Below, piece by piece: positions 49,680 through 63,101 of a DNA stretch of 64,000 nucleotides. The notes beneath the pieces are model-generated. The model had not been told where the DNA came from and did no database searches. It was given only the letters and a program-made list of their open reading frames with translations. Each line of letters begins with the position of its first letter. Within the stretch, counting starts at the first letter, position 1. The position numbers and the translations under genes were made by a program. The DNA comes from Squalus acanthias (Eukaryota), in contig CM059430.1 in assembly GCA_030390025.1 (NCBI GenBank), positions 42,222,001-42,286,000 on the forward strand, read 5' to 3'.

Positions 49680-50350
49680 TTATGAAATGGATAACTAACT
49701 AGTTTAGTCAGAGGGTGCAGAAGGATCAGCATCTACATGGAAGGAGGTGACTAGCGGGGTATTGCAAGGATTGTTCTAGGACCATTGTTTCAATGTGTAT
49801 TAATGATCTGGAGGGAGGGACCCCAACAAAGCTCTCCAAGTTTGCAAATGATCCCAAATTGGGAACGGCCATGAAGAGCATGGGGGAAAAAAAGCAGGTG
49901 AATTGTAGAGGGTGATGATTATGTTAGATAAGATACCCAGGATGGAGTGGCAGTGGGTGATGTTACAAGTTTCAAAAGGGTGATGGCTACATTTTTGGCA
50001 GATAGGGCTATTGAAGGGCATGAGGAATAAAGTGGTGTCTGAAGTCTTCAAGCTTTGTGACCAGCCCAATGAATAAAAATGATCTTTTCTGGTCTGGTAC
50101 TGTTCTATGTTCCTAAGGCATTGACATATGCTCAGCTTTGGAGGGAGTTCCAGGAAGGTAGTTAAGTATGTCCAGCGATGTGTCACAGGAGCTTGTTTGA
50201 TTGGCTTTGGAAGACCAGGATGAATTTAAATTTTTCCTGAAATTGGTCATAGGTTTTTTTCCTCCCCTAGAGGTTAACATTGCTGGCGATTGGGGTGGGT
50301 AGTACCTGAGGTTACATGGTCTAACCGATAAGATGAGCATCAGTGGAACG
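49680..50350 (+). mobile_element. Old CR1 fragment
   Basis: Remnants of VTSGVxQG..LGP..FNVYINDL..SKFAND motifs. Confidence 0.6.
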
Positions 50351-52086
50351 AACTGATGGATTTTCTTGTCCTTCTTTTCATAGTTGGTGATTATCCTTCT
50401 TTTGTAATCTCTTTCATTACTTTAAAATATGTTAACTTGTGCAAAATTGTATTTATCTTTGCATTTAACAACCTGTTGTTTGTTTTTGCTTTTAACAGCC
50501 CATGTGTATGTTTCTAAATTGTCTATTTGCATTTTAATAGCATAAATTGAGATGAAATCATGCTAAGTTTTTTAATTAAAACACTATTTTTTCAAAAAGA
50601 AAGGTGAGAAAGCAGCAAATAGCAAACGTTGAGGTTGGGAAGGAGAGAGGCGGGAGTGAGTGGCGACGTCATGAACCTGGAGTTGGGAGTAGCACTTTGG
50701 CAGGAATAGTTAGGAGGCTTAGACTTGACGAAGGGAAAGTTGTGGGATCAGTGCTTATAAGGATTATGAAAGTGGTTGGAGTTACTATTGTGGCTGAGAG
50801 GGAGCAGTGAAGTGGGGAGATTCAGACTGCTACAGGATGGGACTGAGTGGAGAGGTTCAGAATCTGAGATTGTATGAAGGCTTCTGGGAGTTGTAATCTA
50901 GTCGCTTGGCTATGTTCCATCATTCTCGCGCTTGAATTTCACTGAGTGCATATGTGATGGACTATAGACTCAAAGTATATAACAAACACAGAGAATTTTA
51001 TTAGAGAGACTCCTACTGGTGTTCATTATATATACTTGTTTCACTCCTGTGCTATAGAAAGCACTGATATCTCTCTCGAAACAGAGGTAGAGTCTCTTGT
51101 AAAATTAACTCGGCTTAAGGTCTATACATTTCACTGAGCCAGTGTATTTATCCATAGATCCAAATAGGATGTGATGAAAGTGTTGTAATTGGTTCACTTG
51201 CAACCTTGTTTGAGCTGCTTGCTTTATCGTCAAGTTAGTCAGTCGTTGTAGAGGTAAAGGAATTTAGGTTCAGGTATAAAATTAATTTGTGATTAGCATC
51301 TGTTGTGTGGTTCAAGCCAAGTGTCATTATGTCTGCAGGATGTGATTGATGGTCTTGCCTGTGAGAACTGACAGAGTGGCAGAGCTTCTCACAGTTGTGG
51401 ATGGTCCATCAGGTGTCTGTTGGAGAGCTTGACAGGCAGCTCGGTGCCCAGGCAGAGAGGAATTTTTTGCCAGACTGCTACAGCTGTCTAGTTTTTCCGA
51501 ACCCATTGAGATAGAAGCTGGAGACTGTGTTGGAGATTCACAGATAAGTTATGTTATTAATACAGGTCCAAGTTTCGTAATACTAGGAGAGTTAGCAAAG
51601 TGTCATGCCTTTTTATTTTGTGCCCAGTAAGTTAGAAGTTCTGAAATTGAGTGTAGTCTGATGTATTGACTTTCTGCTACTTTTTACTTTTAATAAACCT
51701 GATTTATAGGTTATTGCCAAAATTGCACGATCTGATGTCTATTCTTCCGCTATCCACAGACTTGGAAAACACAAGGGACTAGTGTCAATTTATCGAGCTA
51801 ATAGTAGCAAAGGTTTGTGTTCGACCGCTGGGTAATACTATATTACCAGATAATTGCATGGATCAAGTCACACTTCAGTTCATCAGGAGCAAGAGCTCAC
51901 TGATGAGCATGGCCTTTGGTGCTGAGCACAAGAAATATCTGGTGAAGCCCTAAAAGCGTAACCGTAGGACCCTCTTTCAGAATGGTCTGATATTTGATAT
52001 CTGATTTTTTTTTTTCCAAAATGCCTCGTATCTATTTATAATGTGCATTTGACAAGTCATTTTAATCAGAAGGCTTCTTTGTCTAG

Positions 52087-52142
52087 GTGGCCATGGGACA
52101 TATGGCTGATGTTGAAGAGTTCTTTGTTAAATACAAAAACTA
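52087..52142 (+). CDS. CHD9: CHD9 coding exon (VAMGHMADVEEFFVKYKN(Y)), chromodomain 1
   Basis: TCTAG acceptor and GTAAGT donor; 56 nt, phase 0/2; EEFFVKYKNY motif. Confidence 0.92.
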
Positions 52143-53083
52143 GTAAGTAAACGTACTACTTTTTTTTTAGATATCATGATCCTTCTACTTCAGTGCTAAA
52201 GGCAATGGACATTTAATATTCTGCTTAGTTTTGGTATTTACATTTGTGATGAAGTTTGTATGTGTCGCCTAATTAACAAGAATCCAAGTAGAAAATTGTC
52301 ACGTCTCATGGATGCACAGAATTTTGTGTTGCAAAATGTGTTTGAGAAACAAAAAAGGGTTAAATGGAGATTAATGGCTCCCACTGGGAGGACAAATTGG
52401 ATTCCCAGGCATTCTGGGACATTCTTGGATTATTTCTAGCAGCTGGCTGTTGAACGGAATTGGTGGAGGCCTGTGAGCAAGCTTCCAACCCGTTCTTTCA
52501 ATTAGATGTGAAAAACTTAAGGAAGGGGGAAACAAATAAAGGGCAACAGACAAAAAAACCAGCCTGGCACTGATTTATAGTGTGAATGATGATGGAAAAT
52601 ATTTAGATATGATTTATTTTGCTACTGAAAGAGGTTTGCTTCTGATTGTCTGTATATGTAATATACATACTCTGCCTATGCAATTTGCACAGGAAATCCC
52701 CACCACAGCTATTAAGCAAAGCATGATGTGCCAACTACACCCAACTCCAGAGTGCTGCTGGGCATGCAGAGCTCAGACACTGCACCCTGGGAAATGTAGT
52801 TTGATTCGCTCCACCGTTAGGTTTGGCATGTATAAAAGCCGTACACTGCACATCCGCTCTCTCTGAAATACAAAAACTCTGTAGAAGCTGTGACTTATAG
52901 TTATAAAAATACAGCGGTGCACTATTGTAGATTTTAGGTATATTACTTTTTATGGATTATTGCTTTGACATTAATGCTTAGTTTAAAAGATGAGCAAAGT
53001 TAAACTAACACCAATGACTAAATCAGTAATAAGTGAAGTTAATTAAATATTTATGGTATTGACTTTTAATATCTCAATTCTAG

Positions 53084-53201
53084 CTCATATCTGCATTGTG
53101 AATGGGCCACAGAAGCGCAGTTGACGAAAGACAAAAGAATACACCAGAAAGTGAAACGCTTCAAGATTAAACAGGCACAGAGAGGCCATTTCTTCGCAGC
53201 T
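53084..53201 (+). CDS. CHD9: CHD9 coding exon ([39 protein letters not shown]), chromodomain 1
   Basis: TTCTAG acceptor and GTAAGT donor; 118 nt, phase 2/0; SYLHCEWAT motif. Confidence 0.93.
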
Positions 53202-53249
53202 GTAAGTTTTAAAGTGTTTGTGGACTTAAATCTGTCGAGGGCATCAACT

Positions 53250-54600
53250 CCCCTGCCACCTCCCAAATCTCCAACTTGGCATGTAGACAGATACCACGCT
53301 TTCAGCTCCATTACGCACTTTTCTCCATCACAAATTTCTGTAGCAGACGATTCTACAAATGCACCCAATAGAATCTCTAATCTGGAACGATGCTTGCACT
53401 GCACCATAGGTGCCAGTGCGCCTGCTGGCTCTCTCCCCAGTGTCCCACAATAGTGACCTGCTGTATGTTTTCTGTGCCAACGACTTCAAAGTGGCTTGGG
53501 CAAACTGCTCCATCAGGGACCGGTCATGCCTATTCAGCAGCTAGCTGACAAATTTCCCATGATTATTTGAGATACTTCCAGCTCCGCCACTGCATCCAGG
53601 ACTCCGTAGTGCTCTGTAAAAAATCTACTGCAAATCAACCCCGTTGGAGCTGACCATCTCCAAAACAGAGCTGCCCTTCAAGCACACCTCAGCGCCCTAC
53701 TCTATCCAGTCAACCTCTGCACCACCAAACAATCTGTGTGGCTCCTGGGAATGTGATCCAGGATGCCCACTCTTGGTAAAACTGGAAGGAGGCACTGAAA
53801 CCAGCTCTCATTACCTCCACCTGCAGCAAAATGTAAGAGGATCAATTTCGAATCCCTCGCTGCTCATTCTTCACCCCATACAAACTAGTTTCATCTGGCC
53901 CTGGCAGGGGTTGCTGGTGGAGCTATGGCTAGAAAGGCGCATTCCTGCACACACTCAGGTTGTGCCCCACCCTAGGTGCTTCTGGACAATATGCTGGAAG
54001 CCACTAAAGAGATGATGGTTCAACCATCGCCCTGGATCCAAGCCAATGCATACTTGGCCTGTTGCCAGCAGAGCAAGGACCCCTTGCTACTCACAAGCTC
54101 AACAGATCATGCTGCTGGTCGCAAAAAGAGGCACTTCTCTGTTGTGGCGCAATCCAGCATCCCCTCCATCGAATGTGGTTTAACGACATGTGGGACACGT
54201 GCCAGGTCAGAGCAAGTAATGTACCGGGTGTGTGTGGAGCTGGAGAAATACCAGGAAATTTAGGCCCTCTTCCTGAGGCCAGTTGGCCAACTACCCCAAG
54301 CCCCATAACCAGGCTAGTTGTAAGGTTACCTGCTAATGAAACATTTCCTACAATGTTGAGAAGGACCTCATTTCCTCCCCCCACTACAAACCTCTAGCAT
54401 CCCTTGACCAGGGATGACCTTTTCACTGAGCACCCCTCACCTTAATGTATAGAATGTCATAACCATTTATGATTCTTACTGCATTTAACTGCAGGCATTG
54501 TAAAATGTGTACAATAGATGTACTCTGTATGAAACCATGTCCTGATAAATCTCTTGAATAAAATTACAGTTCATGAATAAATAATCTTGTATTCATAAAA
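53250..54600 (+). mobile_element. Decayed L1-clade LINE 3' end
   Basis: Remnants QQLADKF..RYFQLRHCI, WECD, and the Zn-knuckle-like FFTPYKL...CWW...GAFLHTLRLCP.L..FW; AATAAA motifs at ~54557-54580. Confidence 0.55.
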
Positions 54601-54668
54601 TATCTAAAGGCAAATGCACACCATTTCCGAGCTATTTATAATATTTTTTGCTATAAAACTACTTACAG

Positions 54669-54755
54669 ATGGACGACGAGCCTTTTAATCCAGACTATGT
54701 TGAAGTGGACAGAATATTGGAATATTCATGTTGTGAGGACACAGACACTGGCGAG
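54669..54755 (+). CDS. CHD9: CHD9 coding exon (MDDEPFNPDYVEVDRILEYSCCEDTDTGE), start of chromodomain 2
   Basis: TTACAG acceptor and GAG|GTACCA donor; 87 nt; PFNPDYVEVDR motif. Confidence 0.92.
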
Positions 54756-55382
54756 GTACCAGTGCGTATTTTTCTTGTTGAGCCTTCCATTAAGGAACAT
54801 AATTTGAAATGTGGGAAATCTTTTGACTAAGTGCAAGTTTCTGATTTTTCACCTGGTATTTAAATCTTCAAAAAGAGACCAGGGGAAAAAGATCCTCCAG
54901 TTTTTAATATGTATTTAAAAATGTTCGAGAAATAATGAACATGAATGTTTGGTGATGATCACCACTTCTTGCTTTGGGATTCATTTAAATTCTCTTTTGC
55001 TGAAGTAGTACCGAGGAACATAGGAACCTCATCTGTAAACATCCAATATAGAACATATTACTTATTTTTTTGCATATTACGTGTACCATTTTACATTTGA
55101 AAATGGTGGTTAAAAAAACATAATACGTATTGTACAAAAAAAGTAGTCTTAACAGTACTGGTATGCTAAGCATGAGTTTGGAAATTGCCTGCAGTGGCAA
55201 TATCTTGGATATTGAAGTTACAAGTCCTATTCATTACAGTTGAAATTGGAATGATCCTGTTCAGAATGTATGTAGCTAAAAGGGCTTCTCTGAGAAGACC
55301 TCAATACTTGTAATACTATTATTATGAAGTGCGGATACATTTAACATTGTTTTTCAGTAAACACATTGTTCTTTTAATGCAG

Positions 55383-55520
55383 GCTGTTGTTTACTATTTG
55401 GTTAAATGGTGTTCACTGCCATATGAGGATAGTACCTGGGAGCTTAGAGAAGATGTAGATCAAGGAAAGATTGAGGAGTTTGAACGACTGCAGCAAGCAA
55501 AGCCTTCCCTAAAGCGTATG
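55383..55520 (+). CDS. CHD9: CHD9 coding exon ([46 protein letters not shown]), chromodomain 2
   Basis: TGCAG acceptor and GTAAGT donor; 138 nt; [17 protein letters not shown] motif. Confidence 0.94.
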
Positions 55521-55604
55521 GTAAGTGAACAATCTGAAGCTATAATGCTGAGTAGCAGATGCTGAGAAAACATTCAAAGTGGAAATTCCTGCTCGAACTT
55601 TATA

Positions 55605-55931
55605 CAGGTTGAGCGTCCCGAATCCGGCAACCTCGGGACCGAGGCCGAGCCGGTTTTCGGGTTGTTCCAGACTTCGGAACGTGTTTCTGATGTCCGAAGT
55701 CCGGAAACGCCCGAGCCCAGGTTGCGATATTTCCGGACTTCGGACTTCAGAAACACGTGCCGAGTCCGGAAATGCCTGGGCCCAGGTTGCGCTATTTCCG
55801 GTTTTTGGTAAGCCTCCCTCAGGGTGTCCGGATTCCGGAACATTTTCCGGATTCCGGACCCCTGCCACCAATCGCCCCAGATTCCGGAACATTCTGGATT
55901 CCGGAACTCCGGATTTGGGACACTCAACCTG
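55605..55931. mobile_element. Tigger-like MITE, family B
   Basis: TA TSD; TIR CAGGTTGAGYGTCCCRAATCCGG; many internal TCCGGA repeats and an internal palindrome. Confidence 0.85.
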
Positions 55932-57166
55932 TATTACTCAAGTATCTTCCACTTGTTTTAAAGGTTGGAATTAATCCCAGTATTGTATATGCACTCTTTG
56001 TAAAGTGTCAGCCTTGGCTTAGTGGTAACATTCTGGCCTTTGATTCAGAAGATTGTGGGCTCAGTTTAGAGACTGAGGCGTGCGGTAGATAATTGAAACC
56101 TCCCAGGAGGAGCAGGGACCCCACGCATTAAACGTTTAACAAGATGTTAGTGCAGTGTTTTTGTTTTCCAAAAGGACAATTAAATCTTTTTGAAATAGAC
56201 CCTAAGCATGTTGATGGGTCAGACACCACAGGACGATAAAAAAAAAATGTTTTTAAAGGCACATATCCTTTTTTTTAAAGTTATAAAATTTATAAAATAA
56301 CTTTTTGTTAACAGTGTGGTACACTGAAATGCTGCAATGTGGGCCTAGGTGTGAGGGAATGAATGAGTGAGTAAATAGAATACAAGAAAAGGAAAGGATA
56401 CTGGCCCATCAGCTTGCAGAGTGTCTATTGACAGCCAATGCGTTGCACTGTGTCAGCCAGTGAGTTGGAGGCGAGGCAGGACTAGTCTATTTTACGCGTG
56501 CGAGAAAGTGGATCTTGCACTGAGCTGGCATTTAAGATATAATTGCAATCAAGATCAATTTTCCCAGCCAGAAGCTGACTGAAAAGAAAATAAAGCAAAA
56601 AATGCATATTGCATCTGCTATTTGGGGTAGCATTGCATGTTTCTGTTTTGTGTTGTTACAAGAAGCATTCCAGAAGAAGTTTAAAAAAGACTGGAATTGC
56701 TACTTTTGTTCAGTAACATCTATTCACCCAAATAAACCAGCTTCTTGATTCATCATCGTTATCATCTTCCCAGATTGTGCATCAGTTCCACCTATTGAAA
56801 GGTTGGAGGAGTGCATGTTAGGGCATGTGCGAGTTTACTGTATCCAGTTTGTATGTCAAGGGGGACCGATTGTTACAACCCCTGAGTTACGGTATCGTCT
56901 AGGTAGACATTGGGCAGTGAGAGTCAATTCTAGAATGTAAGGGACGTGGATCCCCTTACGAGAGCGATTGATACCATTGAACTTGAGAAGGTATCTACAG
57001 CAGAGTCTAAACTAGTAGCAAGCACTAATAATTAGAGTGTATAGTATTTTGTGCTGTACTGCTCTTTGTTTGGTGGCTTCGATTGCCCATTCGACGTAAC
57101 TGAAAGAGCATTCTAGTACAAAATTTAAACAGAAGTTAACAGTATATTGTAAACTATTTAATGCCA

Positions 57167-57629
57167 AGAATCATAGAAATTTACGGCACAGAAGGAGGCC
57201 AAAAAGAGCTATCCAGTTTAATCCCACTTTCCAACTCTTGGTCCGTATCCTAGTAGGTTACGGCACTTCAAGTGCATATCCAAGTACTTTTTAAATGTAA
57301 TGAGGGTTTCTGCCTCTACCACCCTTTCAGGGAGTGAGTTGCAGACCCCCACCACCCTCTGGGTGAAAAAAATTCTCCTCAACTCCCCTCTAATCCTTCT
57401 ACCAATTGCTTTAAATCTATGCCCCCTGGTTATTGACCTCTGCTAAGGGAACTAGGTCCTTCCTATCCACTCTATCCAGGTCCCTCATAATTTTATACAC
57501 CTTAATTAAATCTCTCCTCAGCCTCCTCTGTTCCAAAGAAAACAACTCCAGCCTATCCAATCTTTCCTCATAGCTAAAATTATCCAGTCCTGGCAACATT
57601 CTTGTAAATCTCCTCTGTGCCCTCCAAGG
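57167..57629 (-). mobile_element. CR1 LINE 3' fragment
   Basis: RAQRRFTRMLPGLDNFSYEERLDRLELFSLEQRRLRRDLI; CR1 tail. Confidence 0.9.
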
Positions 57630-57749
57630 AGATTTAGAGCCCCAAGTAGAAAAGGCAACACTTAATAACCTTGTTAGAATATATTTCCCTTGATGCTCAG
57701 CTATTTCCACCTTAATTTCTGCTTTATTTTCACACCTATCTTATCAAAG

Positions 57750-57871
57750 GAGCGACCTCCTGCCACTGCTTGGAAGAAGCTTGGACAATCCAGGGAATAC
57801 AAGATTGGTAACGAGCTCAGGGAGTACCAATTGGAAGGAGTCAATTGGCTCCTTTTCAACTGGTATAACAG
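57750..57871 (+). CDS. CHD9: CHD9 coding exon ([40 protein letters not shown](R)), Q-motif before the SNF2 ATPase
   Basis: AAG acceptor and AG|GTAAGA donor; 122 nt, phase 0/2; [12 protein letters not shown] motif. Confidence 0.93.
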
Positions 57872-59525
57872 GTAAGATTGAAGTCCGAAGAACACGCAAT
57901 TTTAATTTTAATTAACTCATTGAAATTTTATGTGACCAAGAACATGGAGAAAATTCTTCCACATGGAAGTCTTGAATTTTTCATTATATCCCAATGAAAG
58001 CATTTGCCTGGCCACCATAAACGAGACGATCAGATGCAATATTGGGACATTTAAAATAGGCTGTTAAAACTCTGTTTTTCTGCTTGTAGTACTGCACAAA
58101 TGTAAGAAAATTTGGTTCAGTTTAATTGGAGAAATTCAGGTTGCAGCTTATGGGATGTCGCTTGTAATTGTGGGTAAAATTGAAGCTGTGCTTAATATTG
58201 GCATGGGTACTTGCACAATGATTGTTGTAATCCTTTTGTTTCTAATAGCGACTTTCCACAGCTACAGTTTCTCATAAGGATTCACAGTGCTCTTGTCTTG
58301 TGCTGACTGCTGTTTATCACATTGATTTACTACAATGTTTACAATTTCTTATGTTGGTTTGCTCTGAGTTCCATGCAGAGATTTGCCATGTTCTGATGTA
58401 TCACGGTTTGTTTGTTATTCACAGAACTAGAGAGCGTGAGCACAAAATTAACAAATTGCTGAGTTCAGAGAAAACATCCATTCCACTGAACAGATACTGT
58501 ATATTAGGAAACTTTTTACTCTATTTGCACATTTAAATTTGCTTGAAATTTAAATTATCGCATTCACTGCAAATGTCTCAGTGAAATTCATTTTGCTTAA
58601 ATGTGCTGGCACCCTTGGACTAAGTGAAATATACTTTGTCCTACTATTTCCCTATTTTAGGTTATGAAATAGGCTCCAATGAAAGAAGATGCATGACTCT
58701 TTGGTTTATAAAACGGATCAAACATTAGAAGGCAGTGCAGGCATAGATGATAAAATATTCAATGGAACAGTATGGCTCCGGTCTTGTGGGAACCATGGGA
58801 ATTTTATCTGTGGAGTACAACAAATCAGGTTAAATAATGTAGACTGTTAGATGGATATTCTTCAGTTTGTGATTGACTGCCTTCAGGGTTCAGGGAGCAA
58901 TGTCAGTTTTTTCCTTCTTGAAATAAATCTGTGGAATTTTTAAAAACTGGTTGAAGCAGGTCTATGATTATGTAAATTCTACATGGAATATTGAAAAATG
59001 TGGCCATAATAGTTTATTCTTGTCCAGTGCTTAGCTTCTCATACACCATCACTTTACATTAATTTCTCACAGAAATCTGTAAACATTTTTCTGTGATTTT
59101 ACTTAATTTGGGAAGTTTTTTTTTGAAGCTTTTCAGTGCTCAATTCAAATAGCTTTCAAAATCTGAAAATGGCCCCATTTTGCTACCTTTCCTCAGTATT
59201 ATCTGCTTAGAGTTTTGTGGCACATCCCAGCTCTTAATTTAATATACTGTGTAGAAATCTAATGCCACTATAATCATTTTTGGCAAACTAATTGTCAGTT
59301 TATCGAGATATAACTTCATTTAATAAACACCAGTGCTGTGTTAATATATATATAGATATGTATATCTATCTGTTCAAGGAATATTCTGCATTACAGTACA
59401 CCTCACCACAGTTGCTTATGTAAATAATTTTGCTTATGGTTTTGTGTTTAAGCATATATAATGCTTAAAATATTTTGTTTGATATGTAAGAACACAGTAT
59501 AAAGGTAACCATTTCTCAATTCCAG

Positions 59526-59769
59526 GCAAAACTGCATTCTTGCTGATGAAATGGGTTTAGGCAAGACCATCCAGTCTATTACATTCCTTGATGAAATTTG
59601 TCTGACTGGCATCCATGGTCCTTTTCTCATCATTGCGCCTTTGTCTACAATTGCAAACTGGGAAAGAGAATTTCGCACATGGACAGACCTGAACGTCATC
59701 GTTTATCATGGCAGTATGATCAGTAGACAGATGATTCAACAGTATGAAATGTACTTCCGGGACTCAGAG
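59526..59769 (+). CDS. CHD9: CHD9 coding exon ([21 protein letters not shown]...[18 protein letters not shown]...EMYFRDSE), SNF2 motifs I and Ia
   Basis: TCCAG acceptor and GAG|GTACTA donor; 244 nt, phase 2/0; Walker [10 protein letters not shown]. The gene continues beyond the window. Confidence 0.95.
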
Positions 59770-61112
59770 GTACTATCATTTCTTCAGCAGAATCAGCTGA
59801 TTTTATACTATCTAGACAGTCAAGTATTCCATTTATATTTCATTTTGTTTGACTTGGCTGGCTGTCTTTGCTTCATTTGTCACCATTGGAATTTTTCAAT
59901 GCTTCTGTAAATGGATGAATTTTTAAAAGAAAAAGTACTGATCAGAGCACATAAGAAAAGCAAGCAAACAACCTACCATTGAATCTAGAATAGTCATTAA
60001 TCCTTTCTAACCTTTGGTGGCTAAATTAAGACACTGCTACAAGTTAACATTTGTAATTCAAACGTTTTGATGAGCCCAAGCTTAGTGACTTTGGGTTTTG
60101 GCTCAATGCGACCAACAGTCCAATTTCAGGTCAACCCAGATTGGTGCTCTTTCTGCATCGAAAGTACAGTTCACTCTTCCCACCATTTTGACTTAATCTA
60201 CTAAATAGATTCAGTTTAAGGCATTATTTTATCCAGGAAGCTTGGTTCTGGGTTTTTCCTCAAATAATACAGCCCACAACACATCTCCTGAATTTGTTTT
60301 TATTTTCATGTTAAAAATCTACAGAGCAATCTGATGTTTTCCAATGCTGATGCTGAGCAATCTGGGTCCTTTTATACTACAGAACGACCAGCCAAAGAGC
60401 GCTACTCTTATGAACTTATAATGCAGTCCCACTGCCGGTTTCCTTTGAACTGGAGGCAAAGGGCATTCTACAGTTTGTGCATGTGCATTGGAGCTATAAA
60501 AAAAAAAAAAATGGCCACTGCACATCAGCAAAGTAAATGCATCAAGACACCTTAAACAGATGATGCATACAGTGTTCAGACTTTCTTCATGTTTCGTCAT
60601 GATGAAATCACAGGTGGTGTCCTGAAAGTCCTTGCAGAGCACACTGCTGCCAGTGCAGCACTGCCCAGCATTAGAACGGTGGCTGGTGCTAAATCCAAGT
60701 GGAGACGGATTCCTCTTGTTCACTGGTCTAATAATATCTGCTGGTTTCATATTGATCTGGCCACCGGCTGCAGGAAACCCAGGCTACGGGAGCCAACAGC
60801 CTAAGATCGATCTGAACACGGGTACTGTGTTTGTTGAAATTAAACAGAGCATGTATGTAATTAAGGGTTACTGTTGCTCCTTTGTAATTGACTGAAGCAA
60901 TGAAATGTTGTGACAGTTGTGAACATCCTAATTAGCCAGTGACTGTAATAATCATATGTTGTTGCGAGACTCTGTCTCATCTCTACTGAGCTGGAAATTT
61001 TTTTTTTTAAGTAGTATTTAGGATAAAACAAGATTATGATGGTTCAAGTATTAATAGAGCCGTTGATGGTGTATTTTTGATGCTGTTACAGAAGGAGTGA
61101 TGAAAAGATAAT

Positions 61113-61897
61113 GGCTCAAAAATTGTTGTGGCAGGCCAATGAACAGCACCTGCTGTTAGTTAGACTTTTCTTTGCCCGTTTAATGTCGACGGTATTTTGC
61201 CCTGCATGTTGCTGTAAGTGATAGATGGAAATGGCACAGTGCCATCTACAAGGCATCTGGGACCTGAGTGAACAGGGCAAGCAACTGTGTATCTCCTTAA
61301 CCAATCAGATTGGAGAATTCTGAAATTAACAGCGCAAAGACTGAGAAGAAAGTGTAATTTAGAATGGTGAATTCAATGTCAAATCGGATACAGAAAGAGA
61401 AATAAAGAGAAGGAAAGAAAGATTGGCTTAAGAGAGAGAAGAAAGGGACAAAAAGAAAAAGTTTAAAAAAAATTTAATTTTAATTTTAAAAAAACCTCCA
61501 ACAATAATTACAACCTGAAGGAATGAAACTCCACACTTGTAATAGTTAATTTTCAGTGCCAGAGAGGTTGACTGGCAGTAATTAACACTTGTCACGTCGT
61601 TAAAAGGGTACATAGAATTGAAATGACTTGACTTAACTTTCTGTGGTGCGTTTACTTCGTATCTACAAGTACAAGTACAGGAACTTCACGCCGCTCAATG
61701 CATTCGAATGGGGAGCCAGACAGCGAGCTGCATATGTCGCGAAGCTAACAGCAGAGCAGTGCATCTGCAACATCAACTTTTTGATTTCCGTGTTTAATCA
61801 TGCATTTGCCCTCGCCTGAAGTTGCTGTGGTATTTGCACATAAATAATAGCGAGCGCTATTAGCCTCACTGTTATTTTGACAGCAATTTCTGGGACC
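61113..61897. mobile_element. Older copy of Harbinger-like family C
   Basis: Shares AACCAATCAGATT, CTGAAGGAATGA.ACTCCA.ACTTGTAA and TTAGCCTCAC blocks with 44542-45281; TIRs are decayed. Confidence 0.65.
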
Positions 61898-62438
61898 TGT
61901 CTTGCTCTAGCCCAACCTGATTGGATAAGTTGCCTCTCTTAGATAACTACAAAGGTCATAATTAAAATGAGAAGGATCAATCTCACCCCAGTTTCGAGTG
62001 ACCGAAATGACAGCCCACAACTTCACATAATTCAGCATAATTGTAATAAAGTGGCAGCCTCACTCAGAGATGCCACAAGGCTGGCTGATGCTAACAGTTC
62101 CATTCTCAACATCAGCACAGTAGAAGGTGCTAATAGGACATATAAATGTACAGGACCGGAAGAAACCTTTTGAGGTCCATGTGGTTGGCTCTAAAGTTGG
62201 AAAAGTACCCTACACTACTCCACTATTCCTACATTACAACAGTGATTACACTTCAAAAGTACTTAATTGGCTGCGCTTTAGACGTCCTCAGATCGTGAAA
62301 TGCAATTTTATTTCTTTCTCTTCAGTTACTAGCAAATAATTACCAGTTCCCTATTGGGTTTTGCTGGTAACAGTCTGCATCCACTGCCACCCTAGGCAGT
62401 ATGTTCCATATAGTCACCATTCTTTGTGTAAAGTCATT

Positions 62439-63101
62439 GGGCCATATTTTGCGACCCCTACGGGTGCATACGAGGTGCGTACACGCTCGCATGCGCTAAA
62501 ACCCGGAACTTGCGATCTGGCAAAAATCTTCTTGACAGATCTTCCGCATCCCCGGGAGAAGGGCCTCTGCGGGTGGAGAGCTGTGCTATTTGCCCAACTT
62601 CCACCTGTGAAAATCGTAAGGCCTGCTTTTACCAGCATAAGAGTTTTTTTAAAAATTGAAAAATAAAATGTTATCACTCATTTATACATTAAAAACCCTG
62701 TAAGGTAAGTTTATTTTTAGCCCCGTTAAAACATATACATTTTTTCCCCCCAAAATTAAATTTTTGGTTAAAATATTTAATGAAATGGCATTTTAAATAT
62801 GTATTTTTTAAAAATTTATTTCATGTGTTCGTGTATTTTTTTTAAGTGATCCCCATTCATTCTTATGGGAGTTCCGTACCTACGGAACTCCCATAAGTAT
62901 GAATGGGGATTCCCTCCTTTTATTGGTTGGGCCGGCCCATGTGATCTCTGGGGCGCTCGCGAACTGCATGCGCCCCTGGGATACGTGGGCCTCTGCCCGC
63001 GCGTACCCGGAGAGGCCCACGATCGCAAGTCTCCAGACCTCCCGGGCAACCAGGAAAATTAGTAGATTTTTTTACAGGCATCCGCCCGCAAATTTTGTGC
63101 T
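62439..63101. mobile_element. Non-autonomous Harbinger-like DNA transposon
   Basis: ATT/ATT flanks; imperfect TIR GGGCCATATTTTGCG. The reverse complement of 62900-62990 resembles 28705-28795. Confidence 0.65.

Noticed and set aside
39794-59769. Assignment to CHD6, CHD7 or CHD8
   Set aside because: Most diagnostic residues as recalled favour CHD9, and the EKANRI...NIPRV segment is a CHD8/9 feature. Phylogeny or synteny is still needed for certainty.
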